Part shown: one piece after another, positions 17,461 through 24,996 of the stretch | How positions within the stretch are numbered: the first letter of the stretch is position 1 | Layout: each line of letters begins with the position of its first letter | Assembly (NCBI GenBank): GCA_001790095.1 | Contig: MGBH01000001.1 | Span: 1,110,001 to 1,142,000 of the forward strand | Length of the DNA stretch: 32,000 bases | From: Candidatus Saccharimonadota bacterium | GTDB lineage: Bacteria > Patescibacteriota > Microgenomatia > UBA1406 > GWC2-37-13 | Reading direction: 5' to 3' | Made by a program: the position numbers and the translations under genes | Notes under the pieces: generated by a model | Database searches by the model: none | Told to the model about the DNA's origin: nothing | Seen by the model: the letters and a program-made list of their open reading frames with translations, nothing else

Positions 17461-17466
17461 AAGGAG
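17461..17466 (+). promoter_or_regulatory. Shine-Dalgarno sequence AAGGAG for rpsA
   Basis: AAGGAG lies 6 nt upstream of ATG 17473. It shows that canonical RBSs exist in this genome, in contrast to the SD-less genes listed in the findings. Confidence 0.6.
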
Positions 17467-17472
17467 AACCAC

Positions 17473-18576
17473 ATGCCTAAAAAAACAAAAACCAAATCAA
17501 CCAAAGAAAAGGAGGTCATACCAAGCGGAGTTCATCCGATGGAGTTGCTGCTTCAAAAGACAAAATCTATCAAACTAAAGAAAGGAAACGAGATAGAAGC
17601 TTCAATCATATCAATCTCTAAAAAAGGAGCCCTTTTTGATATAGGAGCAAAAGCATATGCAGTTCTGGGAGAAAAAGAATTAAAAGAAATCTCAACCTAT
17701 TTACCTTATCTTAAAGCAGGCGAAAAGGTGCAGGCACGTATCATATCAGAGGAATCAAAAGAAGGCTTCCCCGTTCTATCGCTGCGGAAGTTTTTTGAAA
17801 AAGGAAAGTGGGAGATACTTAAGATAAAAAAAGAAAAAGAAGAAGAAATAGAAGTAGTATGTGGTGAATATGGCAAGGGAGGAGTATTTGTCGATTTTAT
17901 GGGTATTCGAGGTGTAATTCCTAAAATTCAGCTTACCGAAGACTTTCTCCAGAGTCCCGAGAAGCTTAATGGCCAAAAGATCAAAGTAAAAATTTTAGAG
18001 GTTGACGAAAAAAAGAACCGCCTTGTTGTCTCGCAAAAAATAGCAGCTCTTAAAATATCTCAAAAAGAACTTCTTGAGGGATTTGAAAAGATTGAGGTAG
18101 GAAAGACATATAAAGCAAGCGTGCTTGGAGTTTCTGAGTTTGGTATCTTTTGTGAAGTGGTTGGAGTAGAGGGACTTATCCATATTTCGGAAATCTCTTG
18201 GGAGAAAGTGTCAGACCCTTCCGTATTTGCAAAAATCGGTGATAAAATTGACGTCGTGGTTGTTGAAAAAAATATAAATGATCTCAAATTAAACCTGTCA
18301 ATCAAACGCTTAAGTCAAGATCCATGGGAAAGCATCGATGAAAAATATCCCAAAGACAAAGAAGTTAAGGGAGAAGTAGTAAGACAAGAAAGATATGGAT
18401 ATTTTGTTCGACTTGAGCCAGGAATAGAAGGTCTTGTTCACATAAGTAAGCTCACCGGCAAAGAAGATCTTAAGCTCGGGTCAACAATCAAAGCCTTTAT
18501 TGAAAAGGCAGATAAAAGGTCAAGGAAGATGAGTCTTATTCTTACACAAAAGGAAAAGCCGGTAACATATAGATAA
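17473..18576 (+). CDS. rpsA: 30S ribosomal protein S1 (four S1 domains)
   Basis: Repeated S1/OB motifs: G..I.A.I..I...GALFDIG, GGVFVDFMGIRGVIP, FGIFCEVVGVEGLIHISE, YGYFVRLEPGIEGLVHISK. Confidence 0.85.
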   Translation: MPKKTKTKSTKEKEVIPSGVHPMELLLQKTKSIKLKKGNEIEASIISISKKGALFDIGAKAYAVLGEKELKEISTYLPYLKAGEKVQARIISEESKEGFPVLSLRKFFEKGKWEILKIKKEKEEEIEVVCGEYGKGGVFVDFMGIRGVIPKIQLTEDFLQSPEKLNGQKIKVKILEVDEKKNRLVVSQKIAALKISQKELLEGFEKIEVGKTYKASVLGVSEFGIFCEVVGVEGLIHISEISWEKVSDPSVFAKIGDKIDVVVVEKNINDLKLNLSIKRLSQDPWESIDEKYPKDKEVKGEVVRQERYGYFVRLEPGIEGLVHISKLTGKEDLKLGSTIKAFIEKADKRSRKMSLILTQKEKPVTYR

Positions 18577-18590
18577 AGTTTTTTCATTCT

Positions 18591-18618
18591 TTATACTTTA
18601 TACTTAATACTCTATACT
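18591..18618. repeat. four tandem heptamers TTATACT TTATACT TAATACT CTATACT
   Basis: Read directly from the sequence. The last unit supplies TATACT (18613..18618), 6 nt upstream of the ATG at 18625. Confidence 0.85.
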
Positions 18619-18624
18619 GATTGT

Positions 18625-19461
18625 ATGGAGCAGCATCCGATCCCCAGACAAATCACTTCTTTTGAGTATAAACTGATTGGTTTTATGACGCTAAAACAGT
18701 TTATATATCTGGTCATATTTATACTCTTAGCGTATACTGTATATGCAGTTTTTCCCATACCGCTTCTCAACATACTTTTAGCAATAGGTGTTGGTTTGCT
18801 TGGGATAGGTCTTGCCTTTGTTCCAATCAACGACAGACCGCTTGATGTATGGATAAGAAATTTTTGGAGACGCTTGACTTCGCCTACGCAGTATTTTTAT
18901 CACAAAAACAACCCTCCCATCTCTATTTTTCAAAATCTTTACTTTGTTGCAGATCCTCATAGAGTCGTTGCTCATGTTGAATCTGCAAAAATGCTGTCAA
19001 AATATCTAGCTTCAACAAAGCAGGTAATGATCCCAAATATGAGGAAACAGCAGATACAAAAAACAGTCATAAGTCCCCTCAACACTCTTCGTGTTTTCCC
19101 TCCGTCCAAAGGCTCAGGGAGTACTTCAAAACCAATGCTTGTAAATCCTGCGGCGCTCACTCAGCCGGTAGGATCTAGCTCAGGAGAAAAAAAGCCTTTT
19201 TTTGTAGGAGAGATAAAAAACAACAAACATATCTCTCTTCCCGGCATACTGATATATGTAAAAGATATAAATAATACTCCTGTGAGGCTTCTTAAGACAA
19301 ATCCGCATGGTATATTTGCAACCTATAATCCACTCCCTATGGGAGAGTATTCATTTGAGATGAAGGATCCAAAGAACATCTATTTTTTTGATACAATGAA
19401 AATACAGATCAAAAACACAAACAAAGACAATATTGAAATTATGTCTAGGGAAATGCTATAA
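18625..19461 (+). CDS. PrgI-family (VirB3-like) membrane protein fused to a C-terminal beta-sandwich domain
   Basis: IPRQITSFEYKLIGFMTLKQFIYLV followed by two TM segments and INDRPLDVWIRNFWRRL matches the PrgI family pattern. C-terminal LPGILIYVKDINNTPVRLLKTNPHGIFATYNPLPMGEYSFEM is CarboxypepD_reg-like. Confidence 0.6.
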   Translation: MEQHPIPRQITSFEYKLIGFMTLKQFIYLVIFILLAYTVYAVFPIPLLNILLAIGVGLLGIGLAFVPINDRPLDVWIRNFWRRLTSPTQYFYHKNNPPISIFQNLYFVADPHRVVAHVESAKMLSKYLASTKQVMIPNMRKQQIQKTVISPLNTLRVFPPSKGSGSTSKPMLVNPAALTQPVGSSSGEKKPFFVGEIKNNKHISLPGILIYVKDINNTPVRLLKTNPHGIFATYNPLPMGEYSFEMKDPKNIYFFDTMKIQIKNTNKDNIEIMSREML

Positions 19462-19493
19462 AAATTGATTAAATTGTATTTCTTGTGATTTGG

Positions 19494-19532
19494 AATTTGT
19501 TTGTAATTTGTTATTTGTAAATTGTAATTTGT
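19494..19532. repeat. tandem heptamer array AATTTGT(ttgt)AATTTGT TATTTGT AAATTGT AATTTGT
   Basis: Read directly from the sequence. It includes an exact 11-nt direct repeat TTGTAATTTGT at 19501..19511 and 19522..19532. Degenerate ATTGT/TTTGT units extend back to about 19462. Confidence 0.85.
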
Positions 19533-19537
19533 ATTAT

Positions 19538-20191
19538 ATGCCCGTTACAAAACCCGTTTCACCAGTCAAAGCATCTACTCAAAGCTTTATTGAGGTCGAA
19601 GATGTAAAAGACGATGTATTATTACTTAAGGATTTTTCAGCAGCAATTGTGATTGAGGTTGGTGCTGTCAACTTTTGGCTTTTGTCAGCTGAGGAACAGA
19701 CATCGACTATATATGCATACGCAAGCCTTATCAACTCTCTTTCATTTCCAACCCAGATCCTTATTCTTTCAAAAAAAATGGATATATCTTCATACCTTGA
19801 GTATCTAGAAACGAAGATAAAGATGAAGAAAGACGATCTTATGAGAGTAAGGCTTGAGAGTTATAAAGAATTCATCAAAACGATTGTCAAAAAGAATAGC
19901 GTATTGGAAAAGAAATTCTATTTTGTTGTGCCGTTTTCTCCTCTTGAGCTTGGTATATCTGGGGTTTCATCAGGCCTCAAAAAAGAATACGTCATTGCTC
20001 GGGCCAAAACAGCTCTTTATCCCAAACGGGACCATCTACTTCGTCTTTTGGCAAAGATAGGTTTGAGGGCAACCGTCATGCAAAAACAAGAACTTGTCGA
20101 ACTTTTCTATAATCTATACAATCCATCATCAACCGGTCGGATGCTTGCTCCGATTGATAGTTATACTGACGTTATCATGACAAGTAACTAA
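19538..20191 (+). CDS. stand-alone protein resembling the N-terminal (non-ATPase) domain of Gram-positive VirB4/Tn916-ORF16-type conjugation ATPases
   Basis: STQSFIEVEDVKDDVLLLKDFSAAIVIEVGAVNFWLLSAEEQTSTIYAYASLINSLSFPTQILILSKKMD follows the pattern (I.dg.i....y..ilev.piNf.L.S.eEq..i...f..fL..l....Qi). Start is taken at ATG 19538, because the TTG at 19490 would translate the repeat array. The stop lies 1 nt before the virB4 ATG. Confidence 0.5.
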   Translation: MPVTKPVSPVKASTQSFIEVEDVKDDVLLLKDFSAAIVIEVGAVNFWLLSAEEQTSTIYAYASLINSLSFPTQILILSKKMDISSYLEYLETKIKMKKDDLMRVRLESYKEFIKTIVKKNSVLEKKFYFVVPFSPLELGISGVSSGLKKEYVIARAKTALYPKRDHLLRLLAKIGLRATVMQKQELVELFYNLYNPSSTGRMLAPIDSYTDVIMTSN

Positions 20192-20192
20192 T

Positions 20193-21926
20193 ATGGCAAA
20201 TTCAAAAGTCACTCCTCCAAGCGGTACACAAAACGTTGCCTCGGTTATGGCAAAAGGGACAGTAACAGTAAAAGACCTTATTGCTCCGTCATTTGTTGAG
20301 GTAGATTTCACTCATCTAAAGATCGATGAAAAGTATTACCGGACGTTATATGTAACTGGATATCCGCGATATGTCTCTGCCAACTGGCTATATTCTCTCA
20401 TTACCTTTGATCATCCTCTGTATTTATCTATGTATATATACCCAACAGAATCAAAATCTATTCTTGATGAATTAAAGAGAAAGATCGCGGAGATGGAGGC
20501 AACTATTGAAGCTGAGGTTAAAGCGGGTAAGGTAGTTGATCCGACAGTCCAAGTAGCTCTTGATGACGCTCTTGCTCTTCAGGCTGAACTTGCCAAGGGG
20601 GCAGAACGATTTTTCCAATTTGGTCTTTATATCACGATTCCCGCCGACACGAAAGAAGAGCTGGAATCTGTTACAAAAGAGGTTGACTCTGCACTTTCCT
20701 CAATTCTTGTGACAGCAAGGCTGGCCATACTTGAGATGGAGGAAGGATTTAAGTCAACTATGCCGATGTTTTGCGACAAACTAAGCGTTTGGCGCAACAT
20801 GGATACGACATCTCTTGCTACAACATTTCCTTTTGCAACAGCTTCTCTTACTCGAAATGAAGGCATTTTATACGGTATTAATCAACACGATGGCAGTCTT
20901 ATCATCTTTGATCGTTTTACTTTAGAAAATGCAAATTCAGTCATACTGGGTAAGTCCGGAGGTGGAAAGAGCTTCTTTGTAAAACTTGAGGCCTTAAGGC
21001 TTCTTATGATGGATGTTGATGTTATCATCGTTGATCCAGAAAACGAATATCGCAAGCTGACCGAGACGATGGGTGGAGAATTTGTCGTATTCTCAACAAC
21101 ATCTCAATACAAGATAAACCCCTTTGATCTTACGACCGATCATCCCGAACCGGATGAGCTTTCCAACAAAATATTAGATCTTCACTCACTCATGAAGGTT
21201 ATCATGGGCGATCTTACTCCAGCTCAAGACGCTCTTCTGGACCGCGCTCTGGTTTTGACATATCGTGAAGCTGGTATTACACAAGATCCCACAACTTTCA
21301 AAAACGATGCTCCTCTTCTTGAAGATTTATATAAGATTTTCATGGGTATGGAGACTCCTGAGGCAAAAGAAATGGCTGGTCGATTAGAAAAATTTGTCAT
21401 GGGGTCTGCTGCTGGTATTTTTAACCAAAAATCTAACTTTGATATAAAAAACCACTTCACGGTTTTTGGCATACGGGATCTTGAGGAGAACCTTCGTCCG
21501 GTTGCCATGTATATCGTACTTGATTATATTTGGAATACAGTGAGGCGAGGAGAAGTAAAGAAGAGAGTACTTATTGTGGATGAGGCATGGTATCTCATTA
21601 AACACAAGGACTCAGGCGCATATCTGCATAATTTTGCAAAGCGAGCACGTAAATATCATCTCGGTTTGACGACTATCACTCAAGACGTTGAAGATTTTCT
21701 TGCAACAGAGGAGGGTAAAGCCATAGTTACCAACTCAAGTTTACAGATCATACTAAAACAGTCCACAGCCGCAGTGGATAAGATTACCGAGACCTTCTAT
21801 CTCACCGGAGGAGAAAAACACTTTCTTCTTTCAGCCGGAGTAGGCGAGGGACTTTTCTTTGCTGGTCAATCTCACGTGGGTTTTCGCGCAATTGCATCAG
21901 ATGAAGAGCGAGGACTTATCGAATAA
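20193..21926 (+). CDS. virB4: VirB4/TraC-family type IV secretion ATPase
   Basis: Walker A VILGKSGGGKSFF, Walker B RVLIVDEAWYL, TTITQDVEDF. N-domain YYRTLYVTGYPRYVSANWLYSLI...LSMYIYP is typical of the CagE/TrbE/VirB4 family. Confidence 0.85.
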   Translation: MANSKVTPPSGTQNVASVMAKGTVTVKDLIAPSFVEVDFTHLKIDEKYYRTLYVTGYPRYVSANWLYSLITFDHPLYLSMYIYPTESKSILDELKRKIAEMEATIEAEVKAGKVVDPTVQVALDDALALQAELAKGAERFFQFGLYITIPADTKEELESVTKEVDSALSSILVTARLAILEMEEGFKSTMPMFCDKLSVWRNMDTTSLATTFPFATASLTRNEGILYGINQHDGSLIIFDRFTLENANSVILGKSGGGKSFFVKLEALRLLMMDVDVIIVDPENEYRKLTETMGGEFVVFSTTSQYKINPFDLTTDHPEPDELSNKILDLHSLMKVIMGDLTPAQDALLDRALVLTYREAGITQDPTTFKNDAPLLEDLYKIFMGMETPEAKEMAGRLEKFVMGSAAGIFNQKSNFDIKNHFTVFGIRDLEENLRPVAMYIVLDYIWNTVRRGEVKKRVLIVDEAWYLIKHKDSGAYLHNFAKRARKYHLGLTTITQDVEDFLATEEGKAIVTNSSLQIILKQSTAAVDKITETFYLTGGEKHFLLSAGVGEGLFFAGQSHVGFRAIASDEERGLIE

Positions 21927-21946
21927 TATATTATAATATCTGCCAT

Positions 21947-23341
21947 ATGAAGATACGAACCCGCATTGCCCCGTCTCCAACAGGAAAGGATGTACATGTT
22001 GGATCGGTCGCAACAGCTCTCATGAATTTTGCATGGGCCAAAAAGCATAACGGACAGTTTATTGTTCGCATTGAAGACACTGACCAAAGCAGATTGGTTT
22101 TGGGCGGAGAAAAGAAGATGCTTGAGACATTGGAATCCATTGGACTGCACGCGGATGAGTCGCCTATTATGGGTGGACCATTTGCTCCATACAGACAATC
22201 CGAAAGACTCTCAATCTACAAGAAATTCGCTCAAGATCTTATATTGACAAATAAAGCGTATTATTGTATATGTACACCTGAAAGACTTGGTGAAATGCGC
22301 CAAAAACAGCAATCATTAAAGCAGATGCCTAAATACGATAGGCATTGTTTAACTCATCAAAAAGAAGTAATACAAAAGATTGAAAAAGGAGTACCCCACG
22401 TCATACGGCTACTTATGCCTGAGAAAATAATCACATTTCACGATCTCATAAGAGGTGATATAACTATTGATACGAATAATCTTGACGATCAGGTGCTTTT
22501 GAAATCAGACGGCTTTCCAACATATCATCTTGGCGTTGTGGTTGACGATCATCTCATGGAAATTACTCACATCATAAGAGGAGAAGAGTGGCTTCCTTCA
22601 ACACCAAAACATATCATTTTGTTTGAGGCGTTTGGTTGGAAAGCTCCTGAGTTTGCCCATGTTTCAGTCCTTCGCAATCCTGATAAATCCAAACTTTCAA
22701 AAAGGAAGAATCCTGTGTGGACAAGCGAATATATTGAAAAAGGGATTCTCAAAGAAGCGCTTCTTAATTATTTGTCTTTGATGGGATGGAGTCATCCGGA
22801 GGGAAAAGAAGTTTTTACGCTTGAAGAATACATCAAAGTATTTGATATAAAAGATGTACAGACGACTGCTCCGGTATTTGATCCAATAAAGCTTGAATGG
22901 ATGAACGGCATGTATATAAGACAATCTCAGACCTCAAATCTTAAATCTCAAATCTATGAATTTTATAAAGGAAAATATTCGGAGGAAATGATAGAAAAAA
23001 CTATTCCCCTTATAAGGGAGCGAATAAAAAAACTTTCAGATTACGAGCCGATGTGCGAATTTTTATTTTCCACTCCGCAAGTTTATGAAGTTGATTTTGG
23101 AAAATATAAAGACCTGCTTATCTCTATGCATCAATCATTAATGTTGGTTGCTGATTGGAAGGCGCTTATAATTGGAGCGGCAATGGGTGAACTTGCAAAA
23201 GATAAAGGGGTCAAAAACAGCGAATTTTTTATGGTTTTGCGCGCTGCTATGACAGGTAAAAAAATCTCCCCACCTCTTAATGAGTCCATGGAGTTATTAG
23301 GGAAAGAAGAATGTCTATTGAGACTTCAAAAACTCCGATAA
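21947..23341 (+). CDS. gltX: glutamyl-tRNA synthetase
   Basis: RIAPSPTGKDVHVGSVATAL (HIGH-type), FIVRIEDTDQSR, KLSKRK (KMSKS). Confidence 0.9.
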   Translation: MKIRTRIAPSPTGKDVHVGSVATALMNFAWAKKHNGQFIVRIEDTDQSRLVLGGEKKMLETLESIGLHADESPIMGGPFAPYRQSERLSIYKKFAQDLILTNKAYYCICTPERLGEMRQKQQSLKQMPKYDRHCLTHQKEVIQKIEKGVPHVIRLLMPEKIITFHDLIRGDITIDTNNLDDQVLLKSDGFPTYHLGVVVDDHLMEITHIIRGEEWLPSTPKHIILFEAFGWKAPEFAHVSVLRNPDKSKLSKRKNPVWTSEYIEKGILKEALLNYLSLMGWSHPEGKEVFTLEEYIKVFDIKDVQTTAPVFDPIKLEWMNGMYIRQSQTSNLKSQIYEFYKGKYSEEMIEKTIPLIRERIKKLSDYEPMCEFLFSTPQVYEVDFGKYKDLLISMHQSLMLVADWKALIIGAAMGELAKDKGVKNSEFFMVLRAAMTGKKISPPLNESMELLGKEECLLRLQKLR

Positions 23342-23349
23342 AGAAAATC

Positions 23350-24246
23350 TTAATAGTAAGTTTTTTGCCAATGAGGGTCGGTTTGGACCGTTAAATCGAG
23401 AAATACTTTTTTTCCAACTGCCAGTGCAATTTCTTTTCTTGCATAGCTTCCGATCTCTTTTATCTTTCTTCCTTGAGTTCCAATAAGCATTTTTTTATAG
23501 CGATTATCTGTAGTGAGTATTCTGGCTTTGATAAATTTAGTTCCATTTTTCCGTTCAATTATTTCGTCAACAATTGCGGTTGTCGTATAAGGGATTTCCT
23601 CACCCATCATAAGAAAGACCTTTTCCCGGATGAGTTCTGCGACAAATATTTTACTGTCAATGTTAAGAAGAGGATAGACTCCCTTTTGTTGCTCTTCAGA
23701 CAAGACCCCCCCTTCTTGCCGATTTTTTTCAGGAATAAGTTCAAAGATTCGCTGGATAAGTGGTTTGACATGAGTTTGATTAAGTGCAGATATAAGAAAG
23801 ACGTCTTTAAATTCATCTTCCATAAATTTATATTGAGGAAGATAGGTAGGTTCGGGCTCATCAATCTTATTAATGACAAGAATTTTAGGTTTATCTATTT
23901 TTCGAACAATTCCGAGAACCTTTGCTTCCTCAAAGTCGCGTTTTCTGGAATGATCAACCATATAGATAACAAGATCAATTTCTTCATGGAGCGCTTGAAA
24001 TGTATTTTGATTTATTCTTTTTGAGAGACTGTCTTCTGCTTTACCAAAAATACCCGGAGTATCAATAAAAATGATGGTACCTTTTTCGTTTTCATACAGA
24101 GCTTTTATAGGAAAGCGGGTAGTTTGAGGTTTGGGTGAGGTGATTGCTACCTTTGTTCCTATCAAGTTGTTTAAGAAAGTAGATTTGCCAACATTAGGCC
24201 TACCAATAAGTAATATCTTGCCCTGTTTGGTTTTTGTCTTTGTCAT
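23350..24246 (-). CDS. era: GTPase Era
   Basis: G1 GRPNVGKST, G3 DTPG, G4 NKID, and a C-terminal KH domain (LIGTQGRKIKEIG). Confidence 0.9.
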   Translation of the reverse strand: MTKTKTKQGKILLIGRPNVGKSTFLNNLIGTKVAITSPKPQTTRFPIKALYENEKGTIIFIDTPGIFGKAEDSLSKRINQNTFQALHEEIDLVIYMVDHSRKRDFEEAKVLGIVRKIDKPKILVINKIDEPEPTYLPQYKFMEDEFKDVFLISALNQTHVKPLIQRIFELIPEKNRQEGGVLSEEQQKGVYPLLNIDSKIFVAELIREKVFLMMGEEIPYTTTAIVDEIIERKNGTKFIKARILTTDNRYKKMLIGTQGRKIKEIGSYARKEIALAVGKKVFLDLTVQTDPHWQKTYY

Positions 24247-24253
24247 GTTATGT

Positions 24254-24262
24254 ATTGTAGCA
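24254..24262 (-). promoter_or_regulatory. extended -10 element TGCTACAAT for era, 7 nt upstream of its ATG
   Basis: The reverse complement of 24247..24262 reads TGCTACAAT ACATAAC followed by ATG. No SD lies between. Confidence 0.4.
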
Positions 24263-24282
24263 GATTATGTATACTTCTTTTA

Positions 24283-24313
24283 TTCAGTTTATTTTCAGCC
24301 TAATCGGTATAAT
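24283..24313 (+). promoter_or_regulatory. direct repeat TTCAG-N6-TTCAG (11-nt period) plus TATAAT; candidate response-regulator box and promoter of the two-component operon
   Basis: TTCAG 24283..24287, TTTATT, TTCAG 24294..24298, 9 nt, TATAAT 24308..24313, 7 nt, ATG 24321. The same architecture occurs at 26021..26052. Confidence 0.5.
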
Positions 24314-24320
24314 GGGATTC

Positions 24321-24995
24321 ATGAGAATACTTGTTGTGGAGGATGAACACAGGATCGCAAACGCAATCAAAAAAGGCCTGGAACAAGAAACGTATGCGGT
24401 GGATGTAGTATATTCGGGGAATGACGGATATGATCTTGCTTCAACCGAGGATTATGATCTAATAATCCTTGACCTTATGCTTCCGGGGATGGATGGGATA
24501 ACCATATGCAAGCAGCTTCGAAAAGATAGTATCCATATACCAATTTTAGTATTAACCGCAAAAGGACAGATCCAAGACAAAGTAATAGGTTTAAATGCGG
24601 GAGCTGATGATTATCTGACCAAACCGTTTGCGTTTGAAGAACTTCTGGCTCGTATCCGTGCGCTTACTCGTAGACCAAGAGCTTCTATCAATGATACATT
24701 AAAAGTTCATGACCTTGAATTGAATCCAACTTCATTCCAGGTTAAACGGGGAGACATTTCTTTACATATATCAAACAAAGAATTTGCACTTCTGGAATAT
24801 TTGATGAGGAACGCAGATAAGATTCTGACTAAAGACCAGATAATAGCTCATGTATGGAACTATGATGCCGACATACTGCCCAACACCATAGAAGTATATA
24901 TTCGTAAGCTCCGCAACAAGATAGATCTTCCCTTTCCAGACAAAATGCAGCTAATTCAGACTGTTCGAGGCTTTGGGTACAAAATTACAACTTAA
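24321..24995 (+). CDS. OmpR/PhoB-family response regulator
   Basis: MRILVVEDE, DLIILDLMLPGMDG, LTAKG, and a winged-helix C-terminus (IEVYIRKLRNKID...TVRGFGYK). Start is placed at ATG 24321; the ORF-track start at 24267 adds a non-homologous hydrophobic leader. Confidence 0.85.
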   Translation: MRILVVEDEHRIANAIKKGLEQETYAVDVVYSGNDGYDLASTEDYDLIILDLMLPGMDGITICKQLRKDSIHIPILVLTAKGQIQDKVIGLNAGADDYLTKPFAFEELLARIRALTRRPRASINDTLKVHDLELNPTSFQVKRGDISLHISNKEFALLEYLMRNADKILTKDQIIAHVWNYDADILPNTIEVYIRKLRNKIDLPFPDKMQLIQTVRGFGYKITT

Positions 24996-24996
24996 T

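Noticed and set aside
18591-19532. Possibility that the short tandem repeats are a CRISPR array
   Set aside because: The units are 7 nt with no spacers, far below CRISPR repeat and spacer sizes, and no cas genes are present.
19490-19537. TTG-initiated N-terminal extension (MEFVCNLLFVNCNLYY) of the 233-aa ORF
   Set aside because: These codons simply translate the AATTTGT heptamer array. The homologous VirB4-N-domain-like sequence begins after ATG 19538.
10803-21926. Integrative conjugative element or plasmid remnant
   Set aside because: No integrase, relaxase, coupling protein, replication or partition genes and no flanking direct repeats are seen. Essential genes (rpsA, gltX, era) are embedded in or adjacent to the locus.
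23473-24024. 183-aa ORF antisense to era
   Set aside because: The era frame carries all the GTPase motifs. The antisense ORF is an AT-rich, Phe/Ile/Asn/Lys-rich shadow ORF.
24267-24320. 18-codon hydrophobic extension of the response regulator
   Set aside because: OmpR-family receivers start at MRILVVEDE. The extension would cover the TTCAG repeats and the TATAAT box that look like the promoter.
24973-24996. Upstream start of the histidine kinase overlapping the regulator gene
   Set aside because: ATG 24997, 1 nt after the regulator stop, gives a normal N-terminus ahead of TM1. The longer form adds only MGTKLQLN and has no support.
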